In this document: positions 17,602 through 24,253 of the stretch, piece after piece
Layout: each line of letters opens with the position of its first letter
Position numbering within the stretch: the stretch's first letter is position 1
Notes under the pieces: generated by a model
What the model was told of the DNA's origin: nothing
Database searches by the model: none
What the model saw: only the letters and a program-made list of their open reading frames with translations
Program-made: the position numbers and the translations under genes
Virus record (IMG/VR): IMGVR_UViG_3300020045_006023
Location: 1 to 29,802 of that record
DNA: 29,802 bases
Strand: one strand, 5' to 3'
Source: a virus
Taxonomy: Duplodnaviria > Caudoviricetes

Positions 17602-18462
17602 ATGTATCAACTTTATAATGGAGATTGTGTATCTGAAATCACAAAGTTAGCACCTGAGTCTATGCACTTTTCAATATTCAGCCCTCCTTTCGCTGAATTG
17701 TATGTTTATTCAGATGACTACCGTGATATGGGTAACTGCAAAAACTATAACGAGTTTTTTGATCATTTCGGTTACCTTACTCCTGAGCTGTTCCGGATCA
17801 TGATTCCTGGTAGGTTGGTTGCTGTTCATTGTATGGACCTGCCAATCCAAAAAGGCAAAGAAGGGTATATTGGTTTGAGGGATTTCTCCGGAATGCTGAT
17901 TAAAAACTTTCAGGATAACGGATTCATTTATCATTCCAGGGTGACTATTTGGAAAGACCCTGTAACTGAGATGACCAGGACAAAGGCTATCGGGCTGCTG
18001 AATAAACAGAAGGACAAGGACGCTACCTTATCACGTGTTGGCATTCCTGATTACCTTTTAATTTTCCGAAAAGAAGGGGAGAATCCTATTCCAGTTAAAC
18101 ACACATCTACCGATCAGCGGGATCCAAACTACATTCCAATCCCTTTGTGGCAGAAGTACGCCAGCCCTGTTTGGATGGATATAGACTATGGCAAGACCCT
18201 GAACAAAGAAGGCCGTGAGTCGGATGACGAAAAGCATATCGCCCCGCTTCAATTGGAGACCATAGAACGGGCTATACACCTATGGACCAATCCAGGGGAA
18301 ACAGTATTCACTCCTTTCCTGGGGATCGGTTCTGAGGTGTTCCAGGCGCTTAAAATGGGCAGGAATGGAATAGGGATTGAATTGAAGGAAAGCTACTTTA
18401 AGATTGCTGAAAAGAATTGCAGGAATGCTACCATCGCTAAATCGCAACTTTCTTTTGTATGA
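17602..18462 (+). CDS. DNA methyltransferase, N4-C/N6-A family (beta class)
   Basis: Catalytic FSPPF precedes the SAM-binding motif VFTPFLGIGSE; GIGIELKESY. Confidence 0.92.
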   Translation: MYQLYNGDCVSEITKLAPESMHFSIFSPPFAELYVYSDDYRDMGNCKNYNEFFDHFGYLTPELFRIMIPGRLVAVHCMDLPIQKGKEGYIGLRDFSGMLIKNFQDNGFIYHSRVTIWKDPVTEMTRTKAIGLLNKQKDKDATLSRVGIPDYLLIFRKEGENPIPVKHTSTDQRDPNYIPIPLWQKYASPVWMDIDYGKTLNKEGRESDDEKHIAPLQLETIERAIHLWTNPGETVFTPFLGIGSEVFQALKMGRNGIGIELKESYFKIAEKNCRNATIAKSQLSFV

Positions 18463-18659
18463 AAGCAAAAAGAAAATACACCCACTCAGGGAAGGAACGT
18501 AAAAAGCGAACCGGCAAACCGCACCACGAGAACACGAACGTTAAGCGGTGGGATATAGATGGTTACTCTTTTGTGAATGGTTTTGTTTTCAGTGAGAGAC
18601 TTGAAGACCATATGTTTGGACCTAATAGGCAGAAGAAGCAAATACCTAATTTATTTTAG
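18459..18659 (+). CDS. Small basic hypothetical protein
   Basis: 66 aa, K/R-rich, ATGA-coupled. Confidence 0.55.
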   Translation: MKAKRKYTHSGKERKKRTGKPHHENTNVKRWDIDGYSFVNGFVFSERLEDHMFGPNRQKKQIPNLF

Positions 18660-18661
18660 CT

Positions 18662-18985
18662 ATGTGCCGTAAGCATCTCGAACCGTATAAATGTGAATTT
18701 GTTCCGGAGAATGATTTAGTAACGTTCCTAATTGCAAATAAACTATTGTTCGAGCGTATTCACCAGGAGCGAGAAATTTATATGAAGTCATTTAAAAACA
18801 ATAGATTTGAAAGACATGCAGCCAGAAAGCGTTTTCATTTCTGTGAGCCTGTTAAAATTTTCAAAGCTATTATTTTGCTAAAGTATAATTTCAAAGATAG
18901 CTACATTGCCTCAAATGACATACTTTCAAGATGTATGAAGATTTACAGAAAACATAAGGATAAAATAAATGCATCATTCGTATAG
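18662..18985 (+). CDS. Hypothetical protein
   Basis: 107 aa; the stop codon lies inside the tRNA gene. Confidence 0.55.
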   Translation: MCRKHLEPYKCEFVPENDLVTFLIANKLLFERIHQEREIYMKSFKNNRFERHAARKRFHFCEPVKIFKAIILLKYNFKDSYIASNDILSRCMKIYRKHKDKINASFV

Positions 18986-19043
18986 TGGCTTATTACCCCT
19001 GTCTTGTAAACAGGAGACCGGAGTTCGATTCTTCGATGATGCT
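18971..19043 (+). tRNA. tRNA-Thr(UGU)
   Basis: Acceptor GCATCAT/ATGATGC, anticodon arm CCTGT-CTTGTAA-ACAGG, T arm CGGAG-TTCGATT-CTTCG; CCA is not encoded. Confidence 0.88.
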
Positions 19044-19058
19044 CTAACACTACCGGAA

Positions 19059-19292
19059 AGAGTGGATTAAAAACCAAAAATAAAAACTATATGAGTATTG
19101 AAATGAACAATCCAAAAACCATCCTTGAAAAAGTGGATGCAGCCGCAAACCTTGTCGAGCAAATGAATATGGCTCACATTATTAAAGATGAAGAGACCTT
19201 CAGGAAAGCCCATCAAAAGGCTGGTAAATTCCTATTTGACGCCATGAGACTGATGGAAGAGAAAGGAATTGAATGAGAGTGGATTAAAAACC
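19059..19292 (+). repeat. 17-bp direct repeat AGAGTGGATTAAAAACC (19059-19075 and 19276-19292)
   Basis: Exact copies flank the 61-aa ORF. Confidence 0.85.
19091..19276 (+). CDS. Hypothetical helical protein
   Basis: 61 aa with an A-rich leader, bounded by direct repeats. Confidence 0.65.
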   Translation: MSIEMNNPKTILEKVDAAANLVEQMNMAHIIKDEETFRKAHQKAGKFLFDAMRLMEEKGIE

Positions 19293-19299
19293 CTGAATT

Positions 19300-19542
19300 A
19301 TGACACCTTCAGTTATCGAATACACGCGCAACAGTTCAAAGTCTGACCTGAACGCGACAATAGCCTCTCTGAACTTCAGAAAGGCCCGTATTAACGCTAA
19401 AATGCGCGCACTTGGTAAGAAACTAAGGTATGATGAAAACATGGATAACAGGGACTTAGACGAGTTTCAGAGGCTTAACCAAGAATTGAAGGATGTGAAG
19501 CTCTGGGAGGCTGAATTGGCTTATACAAAAAATATGTTATAG
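19300..19542 (+). CDS. Coiled-coil hypothetical protein
   Basis: 80 aa. Confidence 0.6.
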   Translation: MTPSVIEYTRNSSKSDLNATIASLNFRKARINAKMRALGKKLRYDENMDNRDLDEFQRLNQELKDVKLWEAELAYTKNML

Positions 19543-19543
19543 T

Positions 19544-19586
19544 AAAAAGGCCAACAGCAGTTTGCACCTACTTATTGGCCTTTTTT
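19544..19586 (+). terminator. Intrinsic terminator (possibly bidirectional)
   Basis: AAAAAGGCCAA...TTGGCCTTTTTT directly after the stop codon. Confidence 0.75.
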
Positions 19587-19716
19587 ACAGTCATGAGAAT
19601 TGTGAGAACAATTTTGCACTTGTTAAGTCATTTCGCTTGCGACAAAAGCCAAAACATTGTTTTAAATGTACACAAAAAAATTAATATAATCTTTAAAATA
19701 TTTCTCTCTAATTGCT

Positions 19717-19746
19717 TGCAGAGATAAAGATAAAAAACGAAGTTTG
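19717..19746 (+). promoter_or_regulatory. Putative Bacteroidota-type promoter
   Basis: TTG(19717-19), 19-nt spacer, GAAGTTTG (one mismatch to TAnnTTTG), located after a terminator and an AT-rich tract. Confidence 0.5.
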
Positions 19747-19850
19747 AAATGAAACGTCAGCCGCTTAACTTTGAGACGATTTCGGGAAGAAATTAAATGC
19801 CTTAGTCGGCGGAGAGTTAAGCGGCTCCAATGATTAAGGCATTTTTATTT
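19746..19850 (+). promoter_or_regulatory. Terminator/antiterminator leader (attenuator)
   Basis: Terminator AAATGCCTTAGTC(19795-807)/GATTAAGGCATTT(19832-44) plus T-tract. Its loop AGTTAAGCGGCT(19815-26) is the perfect complement of AGCCGCTTAACT(19759-70). Confidence 0.75.
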
Positions 19851-19857
19851 TAATATT

Positions 19858-20238
19858 ATGGCATACGAAAAACAATTTTGGGATGAATCGTACAATGACT
19901 GTCAGGAGTGTAAGCGCCTTGATCAGGCATTGAATAAACTACGCTCTGAAAATGAAAGCCTTAAAAGCAGACTCGAAATTTTGCAAGACAGTGTTAATGC
20001 AAATACACATGAATCGTTTCACCAAGATGCATACATTGAAACGCTTCACAACTGGATTAAATCAGACAGTATTTACGCTCTATTGAGACACGGAATTAAA
20101 AGCCCAACTAATGCAGGTGTAGACGGTAGCCAAGATGATTTCTATGCTGATATGTATGACCTATCTGTGGATCTCAGAGAGAAGGAAAGGCAAGAAATTG
20201 AAAACGCTCAAGATGACTTTGAACAACGTCAGCCATGA
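19858..20238 (+). CDS. Hypothetical protein (CxxC plus coiled coil)
   Basis: 126 aa, first gene after the attenuator. Confidence 0.65.
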   Translation: MAYEKQFWDESYNDCQECKRLDQALNKLRSENESLKSRLEILQDSVNANTHESFHQDAYIETLHNWIKSDSIYALLRHGIKSPTNAGVDGSQDDFYADMYDLSVDLREKERQEIENAQDDFEQRQP

Positions 20239-20441
20239 AAAATAGTTTAGTTAAATATCAATACTCAACTAAGGATATCGGTATAGTTAGACTTGATCGT
20301 GAACATGGAGGGTTTGAAAAATACCTTGAGGATGCCGGAAACGATGGATGGAAGCTTGTGGGGCTGATACCAAAGTACTTGGTAAATGATCCTAACCATA
20401 CAATTAACGGTTATAGATTTGTTTTCATAAGGCCAAAGTAA
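20235..20441 (+). CDS. DUF4177-like small protein
   Basis: YQY...FEKYLEDAGNDGWKLV...FVFIRPK. Confidence 0.65.
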   Translation: MKNSLVKYQYSTKDIGIVRLDREHGGFEKYLEDAGNDGWKLVGLIPKYLVNDPNHTINGYRFVFIRPK

Positions 20442-20632
20442 TGGATGAGTTAATAGATATGTTACGTGAGGCGTTCGAAGCAGGACAAAATAACGCTACT
20501 GAATATGAACATGGTTCAAGGGGTTATTATCCAGATTTTAAAAAATGGGTTGAATTGAATATGAAGGAAATTGAAGAATTGAACCACTTTTTAAAAATCA
20601 TTGATAACCACAAGATGCCTAAAAATAACTAG
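20441..20632 (+). CDS. Hypothetical protein
   Basis: 63 aa, LREAFEAG...DFKKW. Confidence 0.6.
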   Translation: MDELIDMLREAFEAGQNNATEYEHGSRGYYPDFKKWVELNMKEIEELNHFLKIIDNHKMPKNN

Positions 20633-21330
20633 AGTGTGCCCGATGATTAGAGCAACTTCATGATTGAACGGTAATGCAGTTCTTAAGGAAATTCTAACCA
20701 TGAAAGCCGTGGTGGAGATGTGTCGTAAGGCACCGGCAGGGTAGTGCGATCCACAAACAGAGATGTCATGCCTCTATAAAAAAGTGACCGTTCGTGGCTG
20801 TTGAGGTCACGAACGTAAAAAGGGGGTATCCGGAGATGGTGTAGAGTAACGTACAAATGGACGGCCTTAAAACGTCCTTGCATTAGGTTAGGCTCCGAAA
20901 TGCCCGTGACTCTATCAGTAGTTCAACTCTACTGCCCTCCACATTGGAAGGAGCGGGTTCGATTCCCTGCCGGTTAGATGCCGAGGTGTGAAGGATCAGC
21001 ACATCCAATTTTATAAGAAAGGTTTTGCACAAATTGTTTAGCCTTTGAATAACAGAGATTCATAAAAAACAATCGTCTAACAATTGAAGCACGAAATCCG
21101 GGTAGTTCCAGCGGCTAACGAACCCGGTCAATGGATACCGAAAGGTTTAATAAGTGCGCCCTCATGGTTTAATAAATTGCCTCACGAGAGGAATTGACAG
21201 GGGAGGGATTGATTTTGATTAGGCATAATAAAACCCCATCTGTTTAGAGAAAGGGTTCTATATTCAATGGATGTACTAAATTGCTTAATGACACTGCAAT
21301 GTAGTAATATCCAGGGAGAAGGGCCGCTAT
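20633..21330 (+). ncRNA. Candidate large structured non-coding RNA (~700 nt), family unassigned
   Basis: No credible sense ORF in an otherwise gene-dense genome; more than 12 helices, GNRA loops, two T-loops and long-range helices. Confidence 0.7.
21089..21157 (+). ncRNA. Candidate antisense RNA domain (CI/C4-like) targeting the 19755-19784 leader
   Basis: GCAC/GTGC-closed multibranch domain; exposed CGAAATC and AGCGGCT are complementary to leader GATTTCG and AGCCGCT. Confidence 0.6.
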
Positions 21331-21359
21331 GTTCAGTAATTAATTTAAATAAGGCTTAT

Positions 21360-21911
21360 ATGGACTTTGAAAAATGGTATACCGAAATGAAATCAAACTT
21401 CTTTTGGTGGCAAAGAACCAACGAAATGTACGGTAAGAAGGACTTAAACAAAGTAGCTTCTGAGGTTCATCTTTACCTGATAGCTGACGGCTCACTGGAA
21501 AAGGAGGACTGGCAGGGCTGGCGCAAACTGTTCCAGGCTTTTGCTCGCAGGGCTGATGACGTTACAGGGATTCAGTTACAGCAAATAGAAGTACCCAAGA
21601 AACAAGAGGAATGGATACCATTAACAGGTGAAGAAAGACAAAAGCGTTTACAGGAGTTTCTAGATAAAGTTCAGGAAGCCCCGATAGTTAAAAGAATTGC
21701 CCCACTAAGCCACAAGGAGATTTTAGAAAATGGCGATTGGAAACCTAAACCTGAAAGTGTTAAAGAACCTAGTGAAGTGGAGAAGCTAGCCGCTCTGAAT
21801 GCTCACATCGAAAAGATAAACAGAGCACGAACAGAGTTGTATTTGTCCGCTTATCCGGATGCAACGAAAGAGGAGATAGAAGCCTACCTTAATAGCTTTG
21901 AGATTATTTAA
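21360..21911 (+). CDS. Hypothetical protein (possibly replication-associated)
   Basis: Likely ATG 21360 (MDFEKWY...WQGWRKLFQAF), since the track start lies in an RNA hairpin; function is inferred from position only. Confidence 0.55.
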   Translation: MDFEKWYTEMKSNFFWWQRTNEMYGKKDLNKVASEVHLYLIADGSLEKEDWQGWRKLFQAFARRADDVTGIQLQQIEVPKKQEEWIPLTGEERQKRLQEFLDKVQEAPIVKRIAPLSHKEILENGDWKPKPESVKEPSEVEKLAALNAHIEKINRARTELYLSAYPDATKEEIEAYLNSFEII

Positions 21912-21922
21912 CGGTTAAGAAA

Positions 21923-22078
21923 ATGAAAACAAGATACAGAATTACAATTGTTCCAGATGGTGATAAATCAAACGTGTGGGTACATTGCTTTAAATTATGG
22001 CAAGACCGAATTGGCTCCATATACACGAGGTGGGATGATGATTACCTGAGAATTTCATGCATCGGATATAAGATTTAG
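21923..22078 (+). CDS. Hypothetical protein (51 aa)
   Basis: Not in the track. MKTRYRITIVPDGDKSNVWVHCFKLWQDRIGSIYTRW..., with an A-rich leader. Confidence 0.5.
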   Translation: MKTRYRITIVPDGDKSNVWVHCFKLWQDRIGSIYTRWDDDYLRISCIGYKI

Positions 22079-22112
22079 TTTTTGAATAGTTAATAATTAA
22101 TGAAGCAACGAT

Positions 22113-22391
22113 ATGAAAATAAATAATCATGGGCAGGCAATTGAAATTATGAACAATGCTATCCCGTACGCAAAGCAAATTAAAGACATTGATCTCCAGC
22201 ATAAAGACTGCATTTATTTCAATTGGAGAAGTTCAAGGTACAAATTGGATTTAGACTATTCAAGCGTAATGGCTGTTGATGGTTGTCTGCTTATGGGTAA
22301 TGACGCAAGTATTTTAATGAGTGAATTAATCCGTAGGGAAGCTGTCAGATTGTATATTGAAAGTGAAACATATAGCACAAACAAACCATGA
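22113..22391 (+). CDS. Hypothetical protein
   Basis: 92 aa. Confidence 0.6.
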   Translation: MKINNHGQAIEIMNNAIPYAKQIKDIDLQHKDCIYFNWRSSRYKLDLDYSSVMAVDGCLLMGNDASILMSELIRREAVRLYIESETYSTNKP

Positions 22392-23008
22392 AAAACACCG
22401 TCTGGATTCTCGCAATCTTACTCCTCCTTTCCCTTTTTGGCAACTGGTTCCAGTTCGACAGGGCGAAAGACAAAGAACTAATAGCCGCAGCTCAGAAGGT
22501 ACAGTACCAAGACCTGGTTAATAGGGTAGCCGGAATAATGGACAGGGTAGGCAAGGCGCAGGGGGAGATTGATTCAATAGCCTCACAACGTGTTTTGGAT
22601 AGTCTCAGGTTCAAGTCTGCCCAGAGTGCCCTTAAAATCGAAATTCAGGGCCATAAGAAAACGATAGCCAGACTTAGGCCTTTGGTTCAGCATGTAATTA
22701 CCGCCAATCCCGCATTAGATAGCCTAGTTACAGCCCAAGACAGCGTTATTTTGAACCAGGACAGCACCATACTAAGCCTATCAGCCGAGAACCAGGCACA
22801 ATTTGCAAGCCTCAACGAGGTTATAAGGTTACAAGGCGCTCAAATAGCGGATTATGTCAACATTGCAGAGTCGTGGGAGGCTCAATTTCACACCTCAGAG
22901 GCTGCGCATTTGAAGGTGGAGAGGGCTTTGAAGCATAAGGTGATGTTCTGGAAAATAACCACTGCTTTTGCTTCGGCTGCTGTTTTGTATATGATTGTTA
23001 AGCCCTAA
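22388..23008 (+). CDS. Membrane-anchored coiled-coil protein (spanin-like)
   Basis: N-terminal signal/TM, ~160-aa coiled coil and C-terminal hydrophobic anchor; no lipobox Cys. Confidence 0.55.
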   Translation: MKNTVWILAILLLLSLFGNWFQFDRAKDKELIAAAQKVQYQDLVNRVAGIMDRVGKAQGEIDSIASQRVLDSLRFKSAQSALKIEIQGHKKTIARLRPLVQHVITANPALDSLVTAQDSVILNQDSTILSLSAENQAQFASLNEVIRLQGAQIADYVNIAESWEAQFHTSEAAHLKVERALKHKVMFWKITTAFASAAVLYMIVKP

Positions 23009-23041
23009 TTTCCTGAAGCTGTAAAATATTTTTGAAAATAA

Positions 23042-23085
23042 AAGGCAAATCCCTTGACACGTATATGTCTTTTGCCTTATCTTTG
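23042..23085 (+). promoter_or_regulatory. Bacteroidota-type promoter with overlapping inverted repeat
   Basis: TTG(23054-56), 21-nt spacer, TATCTTTG(23078-85); dyads AAGGCAAA/TTTGCCTT and GACA/TGTC. Confidence 0.7.
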
Positions 23086-23105
23086 GTTCATAATCATTCA
23101 GAGAT

Positions 23106-23336
23106 ATGACAACAACAATCACTTCAGCCGCCGTTTCAAACTTCTGGACAAGAACTATGTTAAAAAATATAGACACATGGATTGACTGTGGAGAATTCAA
23201 TACCACCGCAATGGGTGAAGATGCAGCCGTAAAGTTCGGTGTTGCAAGTGATATGGGTAACTCTGCTATTGAGCAGGATATTTTTGATTGGGCTGTTGAC
23301 TACTCTATGCACCACACGGTAAACGAATTCTTATGA
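23106..23336 (+). CDS. Hypothetical protein
   Basis: 76 aa, CGEFNTTAMGEDAA...IFDWAVD. Confidence 0.65.
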   Translation: MTTTITSAAVSNFWTRTMLKNIDTWIDCGEFNTTAMGEDAAVKFGVASDMGNSAIEQDIFDWAVDYSMHHTVNEFL

Positions 23337-23533
23337 TTCATCCATCATTCAACAAAACAAAAGTTGCTCACGCTTACTACCGGTTACTCGGTAAGAAGTA
23401 CGACGAACGTCAGGCTGGTAAACAATGGGCGCAGGATAAAAAGCTAAATCTCACAGTTCTACAACTTGTAATATCAAATATCTTCAGTGAGCAAAAAGAA
23501 CTTTTTAAACCCATAAAATTTAAGAAATCATGA
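23333..23533 (+). CDS. Hypothetical protein
   Basis: 66 aa, ATGA-coupled. Confidence 0.6.
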   Translation: MIHPSFNKTKVAHAYYRLLGKKYDERQAGKQWAQDKKLNLTVLQLVISNIFSEQKELFKPIKFKKS

Positions 23534-23652
23534 AAACCAGAAACCAACTAGAAAGAGAGAACCGCAAAACGCTTTCGGAGGCTCTCAGCCCTTTTGCCGC
23601 GCTTGCACTTTTGGGAATTATTATTTACTGCTTAATCGCTTTTGGGGTATGA
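23530..23652 (+). CDS. Small single-TM peptide (40 aa)
   Basis: Not in the track. MKTRNQLERENRKTLSEALSPFAALALLGIIIYCLIAFGV. Confidence 0.6.
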   Translation: MKTRNQLERENRKTLSEALSPFAALALLGIIIYCLIAFGV

Positions 23653-23659
23653 AAATACA

Positions 23660-23794
23660 GCGAGGGTTTACCGCCTCAGTGATTGACGACCGCGAGTTAG
23701 GTCTGAGTGTTATAGGATGACTACCTATAATGCAACATCTTGGAAACACATAAAACGGTTGAGTCTGACGGGAGGGAAAGACCTCCATTTTTTT
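23660..23794 (+). ncRNA. Candidate structured RNA ending in a terminator-like hairpin
   Basis: Helices GAGG/CCTC, GACC/GGTC, GTGTTATAGG/CCTATAATGC and TCAG/CTGA, then GGAGG-GAAAGA-CCTCC-ATTTTTTT. Confidence 0.5.
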
Positions 23795-23814
23795 AACCAC
23801 TAAACTATAAAACT

Positions 23815-24018
23815 ATGCTAGAATACGGCAACCAATTCAGGGCAATGGAAAGACAGGCAGCGCAGGAGATACCAACCTTAAAACAGGACCTGACCGCTTT
23901 GGTTAATGAAGGAAAGGTAATTCCTCATGATGAAATGTGGTATAAGTTTACTGACCGTATAAATATGCTACATGGTTTAGTAATTGATTTGAATGATAGG
24001 TATAACGATAACGATTAA
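23815..24018 (+). CDS. Hypothetical protein
   Basis: 67 aa with an A-rich leader. Confidence 0.6.
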   Translation: MLEYGNQFRAMERQAAQEIPTLKQDLTALVNEGKVIPHDEMWYKFTDRINMLHGLVIDLNDRYNDND

Positions 24019-24022
24019 GACT

Positions 24023-24229
24023 ATGAAAACAAGCATTGACAAACAGCACAAAGAAGTATTTCAAAGAGCCTGCATTGAGTTAAATTTTGCATGTGAATTC
24101 CACGAAACAGAAAGGGAAGGTATTTTGAATGTATACATCAGAGATAATAAACTGGGAGAAGTTCAGCCCCAGGTGGCTCTATGGCTAGGCATACGAATAG
24201 GGTCGATGCTGCATGTTGAGTTAGTTTAA
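24023..24229 (+). CDS. Hypothetical protein
   Basis: Likely start MKTSIDKQH at 24023. Confidence 0.55.
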   Translation: MKTSIDKQHKEVFQRACIELNFACEFHETEREGILNVYIRDNKLGEVQPQVALWLGIRIGSMLHVELV

Positions 24230-24253
24230 GGGAGAATGTAATAAGTAATTGAT

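Noticed and set aside
19591-19660. 21-codon minus-strand ORF (MFGFCRKRNDLTSAKLFSQFS) between the terminator and the promoter
   Set aside because: Too short, with no consensus promoter or recognisable motif.
20832-20943. Canonical tRNA or tmRNA
   Set aside because: Bulged acceptor stem, no D or anticodon arm, and no G3-U70 pair or tag ORF; kept only as a tRNA-like domain.
21211-21328. Second downstream target for the antisense domain (GATTTTG 21211, GGCCGCT 21322)
   Set aside because: The matches need wobble pairs, are 110 nt apart and are in the wrong order for co-linear pairing.
20634-21330. Group II intron (starts GTGTG, ends CTAT; second GTGCGCCC at 21154) or group I intron
   Set aside because: No domain V with an AGC/CGC triad near the 3' end, no RT/maturase, no group I P7 core, and the flanking ORFs are complete without splicing.
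20633-21330. Naming the RNA as GOLLD or ROOL
   Set aside because: Size and context fit, but I cannot match conserved sequence by eye; a covariance-model search is needed.
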